From assembly GCA_044344255.1 (NCBI GenBank), contig JBIJDH010000019.1, positions 114,107 through 178,106 on the forward strand: DNA of 64,000 nt. Direction: 5' to 3'. Positions 38,195-48,228 of this stretch are shown piece by piece; positions within the stretch are counted from its first letter, which is position 1, and the number at the start of each line of letters is the position of its first letter. A model generated the notes under the pieces. The model ran no database searches. It was not told where the DNA came from and saw nothing but the letters and a program-made list of their open reading frames with translations. The stretch comes from Myxococcota bacterium. Lineage in GTDB: Bacteria; Myxococcota_A; UBA796; UBA2385. The position numbers and the translations under genes are program-made.

Positions 38195-38684
38195 CGTCGG
38201 GTCCAGTTCTGAGGAGCGGAGGGAGGAGAGGCCGGAGGGCTTCGACCTCAGCGAGCTCACCGGAGCACGACGTGATCTGAGACCCCAGGCGACGCCAAGA
38301 GGCGCCGCACCGTCCACCGACCACCCGCTCACCGGGCTCGCCGCCGGACGAGCCGTCGGTCGAGGCGCCCACCGCTCCGGCCAGCGCAACCGACTTCTAC
38401 ACCGGGGTTCAAGAGCGCCGCAATGACAAATCGTTACAACGCGAGGTCACTCTAGTGTTGACACATGCTCACACCTATGCGCGACTCCGCGCGCCCCGCT
38501 CAGCCGCAGGGCGCTATCTGTTCGACGGCGTCGAGTTCGCCGACGGACGTCAGGCACCCGCGGCGCGGTGGGATGGGGCGCGCGCTGCACCCGCGGGCCG
38601 GACTCCACCCCGGCGTTCCGTTCAATTTCCTGACAGGGGATCCCGGCGCGGCGCGATCGGGCGATCGGGTTAGCAGGCGCCGCC

Positions 38685-39701
38685 ATGCTGTTCCACAACG
38701 TCTCCATCATCGGCGTCGACTGCGTCGATGCGCCCCACCGGGTCTCCACTGCGGAGCTCTCGGCCCGCCTCGGGTCCAAGCTCACCGCGCTCGGCATGCC
38801 CGCGAACCTGCTGGAGCTGCTCACCGGGATCAAGGCGCGCCGCTTCTGGGATGAGGGCGTGCAGCCCTCCGAGGTGGCGGCGATGGCGGGCGAGCGCGTG
38901 CTGGCGCGCACCGGCGTCGAACGCGCCCGCGTGGGCGTGGTGGTCAGCACCTCGGTCTGCAAAGACTTCGTCGAGCCCTCCGTCGCCAGCACCGTGCACG
39001 GCCGCCTCGGCCTCTCGGCGGAGTGCCTCAACTTTGACCTCGGCAACGCCTGCCTCGCCTTCTTGAACGCCATCGACGTGGTGGGCGCCCTCATCGAGCG
39101 CGGCCAGGTCGACTACGGCCTGATCGTAGACGGCGAGGGCAGCCGCGCCATCACCGAGGCCACGATCGAGCGCCTCGGCCGCCCCGAGTCCACCGCCGAC
39201 GACCTCAAGGCGCAGATCGCCTCCCTCACCCTCGGCTCGGGCGCCGCCGCGATGCTGCTCGGCCGGTCTGACCTCTCCCCGGGCGGCCACCGCTACCGGG
39301 GCTCGGTGAGCCTCGCGGCCAGCCGCCACAACGGCCTCTGCCGCGGCCAGGCCGACCAGATGATCACCGACTCCGGCGCCCTGCTCACGGCCGGCCTCGA
39401 GCTCGCCCGCCAGACCTGGGAGCGCGCCCGCGTGGCCCTCGACTGGGAGGCCGATCGCCTCGACGAGGTGGTGATCCATCAGGTCAGCCGCACCCACACC
39501 GTGCAGCTCGCCCGCGCGCTCGGCATCGACACCGCACGAATGCACGCCATCTATCCGGAGCTCGGGAACGTCGGCCCCGCCTCCGTCCCCATCACGCTCG
39601 CCAAGGCGGAGGCCCTCGGGCGGCTCCGCCCGGGGGCGCGCGTGGGCCTGCTCGGCATCGGCAGCGGGCTGAACTGCACCATGGCCGAAGTGATCTGGTA
39701 G
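38685..39701 (+). CDS. oleA: OleA, thiolase-fold acyl-CoA condensing enzyme
   Basis: EPSVA, NACLAF, HQVS, GNVGPAS, GIGSGLN; first gene of the four-gene set. Confidence 0.9.
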   Translation: MLFHNVSIIGVDCVDAPHRVSTAELSARLGSKLTALGMPANLLELLTGIKARRFWDEGVQPSEVAAMAGERVLARTGVERARVGVVVSTSVCKDFVEPSVASTVHGRLGLSAECLNFDLGNACLAFLNAIDVVGALIERGQVDYGLIVDGEGSRAITEATIERLGRPESTADDLKAQIASLTLGSGAAAMLLGRSDLSPGGHRYRGSVSLAASRHNGLCRGQADQMITDSGALLTAGLELARQTWERARVALDWEADRLDEVVIHQVSRTHTVQLARALGIDTARMHAIYPELGNVGPASVPITLAKAEALGRLRPGARVGLLGIGSGLNCTMAEVIW

Positions 39702-39703
39702 AC

Positions 39704-40582
39704 ATGCTCGCCGAGCACCTGTACCCCTTCCGCGGAAAGACCACCTCCATCGGTGGCTTCCAGATGCACTACCTCGACGAGGGGCAGGGCCGGCCCGTGC
39801 TCATGGTGCACGGCAACCCGACGTGGTCGTTCTACTACCGCAACGTGGTGCTCGCGCTCCGCGACCGCCAGCGGTGCATCGTCCCCGACCACATCGGCTG
39901 CGGCCTCTCCGAGAAGCCCCCGCTGTCGGACTACCCCTACACCCTCGAGCGGCGGGTGGCCGACCTCGGCGCCTTGATCGACGGGCTCGAGCTCACCGGC
40001 CCGATCGACCTCATCGTCCACGACTGGGGCGGCATGATCGGCCTCGCCTGGGCGGCCCGCCACCCCGAGCGGGTGGGGCGCATCGTGCTGCTCAACACGG
40101 GGGCCTTCCCGAAGCCCTCCACCAAGCGGATGCCCCCCGCGCTCTCGATGGCCCGCGACACCCGCCTCGGCGGCTGGCTGGTCCTCCGCTGGAACGCCTT
40201 CGCCTGGGCGGCCACGCGGGTGACCACCACCAAGCCGCTGCCCCCGGACGTGAAGGCCGGCTACCTCCACCCCTACGACAGCCCCGCGAACCGCATCGCG
40301 ACCCTGCGCTTCGTGGTCGACATCCCCCTCAGCCCGGCTGACCCTGGCTACGCCCTCGTCGCCGAGACCGCCACGCTGCTGCACGGGCTCCGGGGTCACC
40401 CCATCCTCGCCTGCTGGGGCGAGCGCGACTGGGTCTTCGACCACCACTTCCTGCGCGTCTTCACCGAGACCTGGCCACAGATGGAGGTCCACCGCTACCC
40501 CGACGCCGGCCACTACGTGCTCGACGACGAGCAGGAGTCGGTCATCGGGCACATCCGCCGCTTCCTCGGGGCCCCGGCGTGA
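39704..40582 (+). CDS. oleB: OleB, beta-lactone decarboxylase (alpha/beta hydrolase)
   Basis: HGNPTWSF, HDWGG, DAGHY; located between oleA and oleC. Confidence 0.85.
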   Translation: MLAEHLYPFRGKTTSIGGFQMHYLDEGQGRPVLMVHGNPTWSFYYRNVVLALRDRQRCIVPDHIGCGLSEKPPLSDYPYTLERRVADLGALIDGLELTGPIDLIVHDWGGMIGLAWAARHPERVGRIVLLNTGAFPKPSTKRMPPALSMARDTRLGGWLVLRWNAFAWAATRVTTTKPLPPDVKAGYLHPYDSPANRIATLRFVVDIPLSPADPGYALVAETATLLHGLRGHPILACWGERDWVFDHHFLRVFTETWPQMEVHRYPDAGHYVLDDEQESVIGHIRRFLGAPA

Positions 40583-42240
40583 GCGCGGAGGTCACCGCCA
40601 ACATCGCCTCCTGGCTGCCCTATCAGGCGCGGCGTCAGCCCCACACGGTCGCCCTCTTCTTCCCCCACACGGTCGACCGAAACGGCCGCGTGGCCCACAC
40701 CCACGCCACCTACGCCCAGCTCGATCACGACAGCGACATCATCGCGGCCGGCCTCCAGGCGGTGGGCATCGACAAGGGTCGCCGCGTGGCCCTGATGGTC
40801 AAGCCCAGCCTCGAGTTCTTCGCGCTCACCTTCGCCATCTTCAAGACCGGCGCCGTCCCTGTGCTGGTTGACCCCGGCATCGGCCTCAAGCACCTCAAGG
40901 CCTGCCTCGGGGAGGCCCAGCCCGAGGCCTTCATCGGCATCCCCGAGGCCCACGCCGCCCGCGTGCTGCTCGGCTGGGCGGGCGCGACGGTGAAGACCCT
41001 CGTGACGGTCGGCCCCCGCTGGTTCTGGGGCGGGCTCAGCCTCGAAGACGTCAAGGCCCGCGGGCGCGCCGCGCCGCCCTTCCAGATGGCCGAGACGGAT
41101 CCCTCCGACATGGCCGCCGTGCTCTTCACGAGCGGCGCCACGGGCGTGCCCAAGGGGGCGATCTACACCCACGGCACCTTCCTGGCCCAGGTCGACATCA
41201 TCCGCGAGACCTACGACATCCGGCCCGGCGAGATCGATCTCCCCACCTTCCCCCTCTTCGCCCTCTTCGACCCCGCCCTCGGCATGACCACCGTGATCCC
41301 CGACATGGACTTCGCCAAGCCCGCCTCGGTCGATCCGCGCAAGATCATCGCCGCCATCGAGGACTTCGGCGTCACCAACATGTTCGGCTCACCGGCGCTG
41401 CTCGACACGGTGAGCCGCTACGGAGCCGCGCAGAACATCCGCCTCCCCACCTTGAAGCGGGTGATCTCCGCTGGCGCGCCGGTCTCCCCGGTGATCATCG
41501 AGCGGGTGATGAGCCTGCTCGAGCCCGACGCCCTGCTGCACACGCCCTACGGCGCCACCGAGTCGCTGCCGGTGGCCTCGATCAGCTCGGAGACCATCCT
41601 CGGCGAGACCCGAGAGGCCACCGACCGCGGCGCCGGCATCTGCGTGGGGCGGCCCGTCTCCGGGGCCGAGGTGCGCATCATCCGCATCACCGACAAGCCC
41701 ATCACCGAGTGGAGCGACGAGCTGCTCGTCGGGCCCGACGAGGTGGGGGAGATCACGGTGCGGGGGCCGATGGTGAGCCTCTCCTACTGGAACCGCCCCG
41801 CCGCCACCGAGGCCGCCAAGATCCGGGACGGCGAGACCATCATCCACCGCATGGGCGACCTCGGCTACTTCGACGAGCAGGGCCGCCTCTGGTTCTGCGG
41901 TCGGAAGGCGCACCGCGTGGCCACCGCCAAGGGCACGCTCTTCACCGACCCCTGCGAGGGGGTCTTCAATACGCACCCCGCCGTCCGCCGCACCGCCCTC
42001 GTCGCCCTCCAGCGGGCCTCCGGCGTCGAGCCTGCGATCTGCGTCGAGCTGGAGGCCGACCGCCCCGCCCCGGAGTGGTCGGGCCTCGTCGCCGAGCTCG
42101 CGCAGCTTGGGGCGGCCTACCCCCACACCCGGGAGATTCACCATTTCCTGCGCCACCCCGGGTTTCCGGTGGATATCCGCCACAACGCCAAGATCGATCG
42201 CGAGAAGCTGTCCGTCTGGGCGACGGCCCGTCTACAGTAA
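40579..42240 (+). CDS. oleC: OleC, beta-lactone synthetase (AMP-dependent)
   Basis: FTSGATGVPKG, YGATE, HRMGD and FPVDIRHNAKI. Confidence 0.9.
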   Translation: MSAEVTANIASWLPYQARRQPHTVALFFPHTVDRNGRVAHTHATYAQLDHDSDIIAAGLQAVGIDKGRRVALMVKPSLEFFALTFAIFKTGAVPVLVDPGIGLKHLKACLGEAQPEAFIGIPEAHAARVLLGWAGATVKTLVTVGPRWFWGGLSLEDVKARGRAAPPFQMAETDPSDMAAVLFTSGATGVPKGAIYTHGTFLAQVDIIRETYDIRPGEIDLPTFPLFALFDPALGMTTVIPDMDFAKPASVDPRKIIAAIEDFGVTNMFGSPALLDTVSRYGAAQNIRLPTLKRVISAGAPVSPVIIERVMSLLEPDALLHTPYGATESLPVASISSETILGETREATDRGAGICVGRPVSGAEVRIIRITDKPITEWSDELLVGPDEVGEITVRGPMVSLSYWNRPAATEAAKIRDGETIIHRMGDLGYFDEQGRLWFCGRKAHRVATAKGTLFTDPCEGVFNTHPAVRRTALVALQRASGVEPAICVELEADRPAPEWSGLVAELAQLGAAYPHTREIHHFLRHPGFPVDIRHNAKIDREKLSVWATARLQ

Positions 42241-42249
42241 GATGGGGCC

Positions 42250-42283
42250 GACGACAGAGAGGACAAGACGACAGAGAGGACAA
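42250..42283. repeat. Perfect 17-bp tandem duplication GACGACAGAGAGGACAA x2, containing the oleD RBS
   Basis: Read directly. Confidence 0.9.
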
Positions 42284-42284
42284 G

Positions 42285-43280
42285 ATGAGGGTGCTCGTGA
42301 CCGGCGGCGGTGGTTTCCTGGGGCGCGCAGTGGTGCGCTTGTGTCAGGCGCGCGGCTGGGCGGTTCGCACCCTCGCTCGAAGGGACGCGCCCGATCTGCG
42401 CGCCCAGGGTGTGGAGGTGCTGCAGGGCGACATCAACGACGGGCCCGCCGTGCACGCCGCCGTGGACGGCTGCGAGGGTGTCATCCACACCGCGGCCAAG
42501 GCGGGGGTCTGGGGCTCGAGGGCAGCCTACTATCGGGCCAACGTGTTCGGGACGGAGAACGTGCTCTTCGCGGTGGCCAAACACGGGACGCCCCGCCTCG
42601 TCTACACGAGCACCCCCTCGGTGGTGCACGGCGGCGGCGACATCGCGGGCGCCGACGAGTCGCTGCATTACCCCGCCGAGCACGAGACCCACTACCCCGC
42701 CACCAAGGCCATCGCCGAGAAGATGGTGCTGGCCGCCAATTCAGCGAGCCTCTCCACGGTGGCGCTGCGCCCGCACCTCATCTGGGGCCCCGGCGACAAC
42801 CACCTCGCCCCCCGCATCCTCGACCGCGCTCGCCGCGGCCGCCTCGCCTTCGTGGGCGACGGCACGAACCTCGTCGACACCACTTACATCGACAACGCGG
42901 CCGAGGCGCACCTCCTCGCCCTCGATCGCCTCTCCCCCGGCGCGCCCTGCGCCGGCAAGGCCTACTTCATCACCAACGGCGAGCCTCGCCCCCTGCGCGA
43001 CATCATCAACGGCATCCTCGCCGCCGCCGGGCTCCCGCCCAACCACCGCGCGGTCTCCCCGGCCCTCGCGAAGGCCGTCGGCGCCGTGCTGGAGGGGATC
43101 TACGGCCTCTTCCAGGTAGAGGCCGAGCCCCCGATGACCCGCTTCGTCGCGAGCCAGCTCTCCACCGCGCACTGGTACGACATCGGAGCCGCTCGCCGTG
43201 ACCTCGGCTACATCCCCCGCGTCACCATCGACGAGGGGATGAAGCGGCTCGCCGCGGCCTATCGGGAGGCGCCCCCCTGA
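42285..43280 (+). CDS. oleD: OleD, 2-alkyl-3-oxoalkanoate reductase (SDR)
   Basis: TGGGGFLG, TSTPSV, YPATK and LRPHLIWGPGD. Confidence 0.9.
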   Translation: MRVLVTGGGGFLGRAVVRLCQARGWAVRTLARRDAPDLRAQGVEVLQGDINDGPAVHAAVDGCEGVIHTAAKAGVWGSRAAYYRANVFGTENVLFAVAKHGTPRLVYTSTPSVVHGGGDIAGADESLHYPAEHETHYPATKAIAEKMVLAANSASLSTVALRPHLIWGPGDNHLAPRILDRARRGRLAFVGDGTNLVDTTYIDNAAEAHLLALDRLSPGAPCAGKAYFITNGEPRPLRDIINGILAAAGLPPNHRAVSPALAKAVGAVLEGIYGLFQVEAEPPMTRFVASQLSTAHWYDIGAARRDLGYIPRVTIDEGMKRLAAAYREAPP

Positions 43281-43292
43281 CCCGCCCCGTGT

Positions 43293-43318
43293 CCGCGCCC
43301 CCTTCGGGCGGGCGTCGG
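43293..43318. terminator. GC-rich hairpin with cUUCGg loop between convergent genes
   Basis: CGCCCCC-TTCG-GGCGGGCG with one bulge; no U-tract. Confidence 0.35.
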
Positions 43319-43319
43319 C

Positions 43320-43799
43320 TCAAGAGCCGAAGGGGTCCATCGACCCACAGTTGTCGACGCTGAAGGCGGCGTCCCCCGCGTCGCCCTCGAGGGTGACGGT
43401 GCCGACGATCATCGCGCCGCTCGCGGCGGCGGTGGTCTCGAAGGAGAAGGTCTCCCGGAGACTGGTGGTGCCCTCGACGTTGGCGAAGAGCTCGAGGCCG
43501 CCCAACGGGTCCTCCGGATAGAAGTTGACGTAGACGCCGTCCGCCGGTGTGTTGAAGCCGACCCCGTCCTCGACGGCCGAACAAGAGAGGGCGAAGCTCG
43601 ACAGGATCACGCGGACCGCCCCATCTGCCCCCTCGTCTTCAAAGGCGCGCCCGTCTACGAGGGCGGCCTCGCCGCCGCTCCACGTCACGCTGCCCTCCAC
43701 GCCCGCCCCGCCCTCGGCGCCGCCCTTGCCGCCGCCGTCCGAACAGGCCACCAAGGACAACAGGGATATCAGGGACACCAGCAGGAACAACGATCGCAT
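43320..43799 (-). CDS. Hypothetical lipoprotein
   Basis: LVAC lipobox; GGAGG RBS. Confidence 0.7.
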   Translation of the reverse strand: MRSLFLLVSLISLLSLVACSDGGGKGGAEGGAGVEGSVTWSGGEAALVDGRAFEDEGADGAVRVILSSFALSCSAVEDGVGFNTPADGVYVNFYPEDPLGGLELFANVEGTTSLRETFSFETTAAASGAMIVGTVTLEGDAGDAAFSVDNCGSMDPFGS

Positions 43800-43914
43800 C
43801 GGAGCCTCCGAGGGTTGAACGGGCCGCCCGCTGGACCGTTCTGGCCGCGCCTCCCCTCTATCGGGGGTGGCCCTTACGCGCCCCGACCGCCCCTTACACG
43901 CCCTCTCCGCCGTA

Positions 43915-44604
43915 TCAGATCGCCCGCAGGGCCTCGACGTCGAGGACCGTGACCCGCCCGCGGCCCCCCTCGATCCAGCCGCTCTTCTCGAAGCGCGCGA
44001 CCACCCGGGAGACGGTGTACTGGTTCGAGCCCACGAGCTCGGCCAGGTCTTGTCGGGTCAGTCGGAGCTCGGGCCGGAGCTGGGCGGCCTCGGCCCGGCA
44101 CGCGAGGCGGACGAGCACATGGGCGACCCTCCGCTCCACGCTCTCCGTCGTCATCTCGTGGAGCCGGTCGCGCAGCTCCTCCATCCGGCCGGAGAGGATC
44201 TGGAGGGCGTTCCGTGACACCACCGGGAGCTCGGCGACGAGCGCCGTCAGCGCGGCCCGGTCAAAGGCGAGCAGGGTGGCGTCCTCGATCACCTCGGCGG
44301 AGCCCGGATAGGCCCTGGCACCGCCGAGGATCGCGCAGCCCAGCACATCGCCGGCGCCGGCGAGGTTGAGCACCAGGAGCTGCCCCTCCGCGCCCTGGCG
44401 GGTGACCCGCGCTCGACCCTCCACGAGCACGAAGAGCGTCTCGGCGGCCGCGCGCTCGTGGAAGAGCCAGGTCCCCACGGGCGCCCGCCGCCGAACGCCG
44501 AGGGCGAGGACCCGACCGAGCTCCGCCTCCACGAGCCCCGCGAAGAGCGGCCCCCGCGACAAGAGCCGGAGCTCCGGGCGGAGCGTGACGCCGCCCTCCT
44601 TCAT
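43915..44604 (-). CDS. Crp/Fnr-family regulator, NnrR/DNR-like
   Basis: cNMP-like domain; VERRVA; HTH TRQDLAELVGSNQYTVSR; no FNR N-terminal Cys cluster. Confidence 0.85.
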   Translation of the reverse strand: MKEGGVTLRPELRLLSRGPLFAGLVEAELGRVLALGVRRRAPVGTWLFHERAAAETLFVLVEGRARVTRQGAEGQLLVLNLAGAGDVLGCAILGGARAYPGSAEVIEDATLLAFDRAALTALVAELPVVSRNALQILSGRMEELRDRLHEMTTESVERRVAHVLVRLACRAEAAQLRPELRLTRQDLAELVGSNQYTVSRVVARFEKSGWIEGGRGRVTVLDVEALRAI

Positions 44605-45041
44605 TCGTTCACGCGCTCCACCCCGGGGAGGCGGCTGAGGTCGACGTCCGCCAGCGTGTTGGCGCGCGCCCAGGTGTCGCACATCTGCTGCAGGTCTTTG
44701 TACATGTCATGGAGCGCACAGGGCGCCGCCTCGTTGCAGCGCGCGAAGCCGAAGGCGCAGTGGGTGGTCTTGAGCTCGATGTCGGCGGCGACCAGCACGT
44801 CGATCACGCGCACGCTCGCCGCGGGCCGCGCGAGCCGGAAGCCGCCGTGGTGGCCCTTCTGCCCGAGCAGGAGGCCGTTCTGCACGAGCCGACGCAGCAC
44901 CTTGGCCAGGAAGGCAGGGGGCACGTTGGCCTGCAGGGCGAGATCACGGGCGGTGAGCCAACCGTCGGCGGGGAGGGCCGCGAGGCAGACCGCCGCGCGC
45001 AGCGCATACTCACCGGAGGTCGGCAGGACGGAGTGGATCAT
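44601..45041 (-). CDS. Rrf2-family regulator with three Cys (probable Fe-S)
   Basis: EYALRA, FLAKVL, KGHHGGFRLA and C-x6-C-x5-CALH. Confidence 0.9.
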   Translation of the reverse strand: MIHSVLPTSGEYALRAAVCLAALPADGWLTARDLALQANVPPAFLAKVLRRLVQNGLLLGQKGHHGGFRLARPAASVRVIDVLVAADIELKTTHCAFGFARCNEAAPCALHDMYKDLQQMCDTWARANTLADVDLSRLPGVERVNE

Positions 45042-45057
45042 CGGCGCAGTCTAACGT

Positions 45058-45675
45058 TCAGGGGCCTCGGGAGAGCGACTCGATCGCGGCCTGGAGCGCA
45101 GCGCGACCCTCGGCCCCCTCCGAGCGGGCCACGATCCGCCCCTCCCCGTCCACGAGCGTGAGGACCGAGGTGTGGGCGAAGCCCCCGCCCTCGAGCGGCC
45201 GATAGCGGACGTGCAGCGCCGCCGCGACCTCGATGACCCGATCCTCCGGCACCGCGCCGAGCGTCCACCGGCCGTCGAGGCCGTGCTGCTCCACCACCGC
45301 GCGGAGGGCCGCCGGGTCATCCCGGGTGGGGTCGAGCGACACCAGCACGACCCGCAGCGCTGCCCGCGCCCGGGGGGACAGCTCCGCCTCGATCGACTGG
45401 ATGTCCTGGATGAGCAGCGGACAGGCCATCGGGCAGCTCGTATAGAACATCGAGAGGAGCACCGGCTGGCCGCGGCCCACGTCGAGGCGCACCCCCTCCC
45501 CCGCCTGATTGAGCACCGGCAGGTCGAGAGAATACAGCGAGGCGCCCTCGGCCCGAGAGGGCAGCGTCGCCGTCGCCGTCGCCGTCGCCGACGCCGCCGA
45601 CGAAGACGAAGACGGCGCGGCCTCCGGCGGCGGGCCGGGGTCACAGGCGAAGAGGGCGAGCCAGAGCCACATCAT
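45058..45675 (-). CDS. SCO-family copper chaperone (lipoprotein)
   Basis: YTSCPMACP, SLDPTRD, distal His (FAHT); LFAC lipobox. Confidence 0.9.
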   Translation of the reverse strand: MMWLWLALFACDPGPPPEAAPSSSSSAASATATATATLPSRAEGASLYSLDLPVLNQAGEGVRLDVGRGQPVLLSMFYTSCPMACPLLIQDIQSIEAELSPRARAALRVVLVSLDPTRDDPAALRAVVEQHGLDGRWTLGAVPEDRVIEVAAALHVRYRPLEGGGFAHTSVLTLVDGEGRIVARSEGAEGRAALQAAIESLSRGP

Positions 45676-46424
45676 GGGAGATCCCAGGCGCAGCGGAAGC
45701 CGAGGCTGCGCACCGTCGAGGAGGCCGAGAGAGAGGCACGAAAAGCCGTGCGCATGAAGCTCGCGTAGTCGCCTGTGCCTGCGGTCCCCGCGGCGCCGCC
45801 CCCGCAGAAGCGGACGGCCCCCTCCCCCTCCGTCCCCCGGGCGTCTGTCGAGAGCAAGGAGGCGCTCCAGTCCTCCACCCACTCCCAGACGAGGCCGTGC
45901 AGGTCGCGCGCCCCCCAGCGGTTCGCCGGGCCCCCCACCGCGCGGAGGCGGGTCGGGGTGGGCTCACCGTACCAGGCCAGGATCTGAGCCAGAAAGACCG
46001 GATCTCGCCGAGCATCGAAGGCGGTGGACGAGGCGGCGGCGGCGAGCTCCCACTCCGCCTCGGTGGGCAGGCGGCCGCCCTGCGCGCGGCAATAGGCCCG
46101 GGCTGCGTACCAGGAGACGCTCGTCACCGGCGCGGTCGAGAGCAGGGCGCCCCCGGCCGCGCGGTCGGTCTCCCAGTCGCCGAGGTAGCCTTCGTCCGCG
46201 AACAGCCGCTCGACCCTGTCGCGACCCCAGCGCGGCTCGACCGCGACGAAGGCCATGAACTCGGTGTTGGTCACCGGCTCCACCGCGAGGGAGAACCGGG
46301 CGACCGACACCTCGGCCTCCGCCGGGCTCGGCGGATAGAGCGGCCGATAGACACCGGGCCCCACCGCCACCGACGGGGGCGCGGCGAAGGCGAGCCCGCA
46401 CAGCATCGACAGGGCGAGGCTCAT
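45672..46424 (-). CDS. FGE-sulfatase-domain protein (NirV-like), nirK-associated
   Basis: PVTNTEF, RLPTEAEWE, DLHGLVWEW and LGFRCA; coupled to nirK. Confidence 0.85.
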   Translation of the reverse strand: MSLALSMLCGLAFAAPPSVAVGPGVYRPLYPPSPAEAEVSVARFSLAVEPVTNTEFMAFVAVEPRWGRDRVERLFADEGYLGDWETDRAAGGALLSTAPVTSVSWYAARAYCRAQGGRLPTEAEWELAAAASSTAFDARRDPVFLAQILAWYGEPTPTRLRAVGGPANRWGARDLHGLVWEWVEDWSASLLSTDARGTEGEGAVRFCGGGAAGTAGTGDYASFMRTAFRASLSASSTVRSLGFRCAWDLP

Positions 46425-48025
46425 CAGTGTGCCGCGCCGGCGGGGCGGGGCGTGCTCTTGCGCACCGCGCTGACCTCCGCCGTCGAGACCACGCCGCCCT
46501 TGTTGCCGAAGCTGTTCAGCACATAGGTGAGGATGTTCGCCACCTCATCATCGTTGAGCTGGCTCATCGGCGGCATGACGGAATTGAAGTCCTTGCCGTT
46601 CACCTTCACCGGACCCGAGAGTCCGTTGATGACGATGCCGATCGCGCGCTGCTTGTCGGCGAGCAGGAAGTCCGAGCCGGCCAGGGGCGGGAAGACGCCC
46701 TCGATGCCCGCGCCGTTCGCCTGGTGGCACGTGGAACAGGTGCCGGCGAACAGCGCCTCACCCGCCTTGATCTGCCCCTCCTGCGAGAGCGTGCCCCCGG
46801 CCGACGCCGAGGTGGCGTCCGCGACGGCCGTGCCCGCGCCCGAGGCCGCCTTGTCGGCGAGGTACATCGCGTCGACCTCCTTGCCCGAGTACACCGCCTT
46901 GTTCTCCGGCCCCTCCACCTTGAGCATCCCGAGCGCCCCCTTGTTGAAGGTCCGGAAGATGGAGTGGTCGACGAGAATGTAGGTGCCGGGCACCTCGACG
47001 GTGAACTCGACGATGGCCGAGCCGCCCGACGGGATGAGGGTGGTCTGCACGTTCTCCTGCACCCGGGTCCCGCCCTCTGTGTAGACCCGGTCGAAGATCT
47101 CGCCGATGACGTGGAAGCTGGAGATCAGGTTCGGGCCGCCGTTACCGACGTAGAGGCGCACCGTCTCGCCCACCTTGGCGGTGAGCGCCTTGTCGCCCAC
47201 GAGCGCCCCCTCCGAGCCGTTGAACAGCACGTAGGTGGCGTTCTCCTCGATCGCCTTCTGCATGTCAAAGGGCTGCAGGCCCTTCTCGCGGTACTTGCCG
47301 ACCGTGTAGAAGTCGCCCTGCATCACATAATACTCACGGTCCACCGGGGGATATCCGCCCGGGGGCTCCACCAGGATGAGCCCGTACATGCCATTGGCGA
47401 TGTGCATGCCCACCGGCGCCGTGGCGCAGTGGTACACGTAGAGGCCGGCGTTCGTCGCCCGGAAGGTGAACTGCGAGCTGTGCCCCGGGGCCGTAAACGT
47501 GCTGGCGGCGCCGCCGCCCGGGCCGGTGACCGAGTGAAGGTCGATGTTGTGGGGCATCTTGTTGTCGGGGTGGTTGTTCAGGTGGAACTCCACCGTGTCC
47601 CCCTGCCGCACGCGCATGAAGCTGCCCGGCACGTCGCCGCCGTAGGTCCAGAACACGTAGTCCACGCCCTCGGAGATGGGCTTCACCTGCTCCTTCACCT
47701 CGAGGTTGACGACGAGGTTCGCTGGCGTCGTGCGGGTGATCGGCGGCGGCACGTGCGGCGCCTGCGTGAGCACCGCCGCGGTGGGGGTCCCCGTCGCCAC
47801 CAGGGCAGCGGCCTCGGTGGAGGAGAGCGGAGAGAGGGCCGGCGCGACCTTCGCCGCCGCTGGCGCGGTGGGCGCAGGCGGCGGGGTGGGCCCGCAGCCG
47901 AGGCCGCCGAGGGCTCCCACGACGCTCCCGCCCAGCAGCAGAGAGAGGGCGAGGGACAGGCGCCGCGGCGCCGGGACGGGCGCGCGGGGAGAGGAAGGGC
48001 GGTGGGAAGCGGAGAGGGCGGGCAT
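46424..48025 (-). CDS. nirK: Copper nitrite reductase with C-terminal cytochrome c domain (three-domain NirK), lipoprotein
   Basis: HNIDLH, YHCA...[20 protein letters not shown]-terminal CSTCH...MPP; GLGC lipobox. Confidence 0.95.
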   Translation of the reverse strand: MPALSASHRPSSPRAPVPAPRRLSLALSLLLGGSVVGALGGLGCGPTPPPAPTAPAAAKVAPALSPLSSTEAAALVATGTPTAAVLTQAPHVPPPITRTTPANLVVNLEVKEQVKPISEGVDYVFWTYGGDVPGSFMRVRQGDTVEFHLNNHPDNKMPHNIDLHSVTGPGGGAASTFTAPGHSSQFTFRATNAGLYVYHCATAPVGMHIANGMYGLILVEPPGGYPPVDREYYVMQGDFYTVGKYREKGLQPFDMQKAIEENATYVLFNGSEGALVGDKALTAKVGETVRLYVGNGGPNLISSFHVIGEIFDRVYTEGGTRVQENVQTTLIPSGGSAIVEFTVEVPGTYILVDHSIFRTFNKGALGMLKVEGPENKAVYSGKEVDAMYLADKAASGAGTAVADATSASAGGTLSQEGQIKAGEALFAGTCSTCHQANGAGIEGVFPPLAGSDFLLADKQRAIGIVINGLSGPVKVNGKDFNSVMPPMSQLNDDEVANILTYVLNSFGNKGGVVSTAEVSAVRKSTPRPAGAAH

Positions 48026-48061
48026 GGGTGGCTCCAGCGATGAGGTCGCCAGCTCCGCCGT

Positions 48062-48077
48062 TGCAACGGACATGCCA
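48062..48077 (-). promoter_or_regulatory. Sigma54 -24/-12 promoter of nirK
   Basis: Minus strand TGGCATGTCCGTTGCA (GG-N10-GC), embedded in the inverted repeat CAACGGAC-N6-GTCCGTTG. Confidence 0.8.
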
Positions 48078-48192
48078 GTCCGTTGATATTTTGTCCAAAC
48101 TCCCACTCGGGGGCAAGACCCGAGGCGAAGGGCTCCCGCAGCACCTCCGCGAAGAGCGCCCACCCGACGAGCGAGGTCCGCGCTCGCCGAGC

Positions 48193-48228
48193 TGTGCACC
48201 TTTCAACAGATCTATGTGTCCTTTGACA
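48193..48228. promoter_or_regulatory. Tandem putative enhancer sites (TGT-N10-ACA and TAT-N10-ACA, 20 bp apart)
   Basis: TGTGCACCTTTCAACA (48193-48208) and TATGTGTCCTTTGACA (48213-48228), about 120-150 bp upstream of the sigma54 site. Confidence 0.5.

Noticed and set aside
38195..38400. c-di-GMP riboswitch in the bcsA leader
   Set aside because: I could not recognise the conserved GEMM elements; an Rfam scan would be needed.
38458..38463. TTGACA as the oleA -35
   Set aside because: No -10 hexamer at 16-18 bp spacing.
39704..40582. Haloalkane dehalogenase call
   Set aside because: Position between oleA and oleC identifies it as OleB, which shares that fold.
45672..46424. True formylglycine-generating enzyme
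   Set aside because: Lacks the catalytic Cys pair, no sulfatase nearby, and the context is nirK.
48083..48098. FNR/DNR box upstream of nirK (TTGATATTTTGTCCAA)
   Set aside because: Spacing and right half do not fit TTGAT-N4-ATCAA; the TTGAT belongs to the motif shared with the nap promoter.
48026..48199. Upstream extension of nirK given by the ORF track
   Set aside because: It would run through the sigma54 promoter; ATG 48025 has a GGAG RBS.
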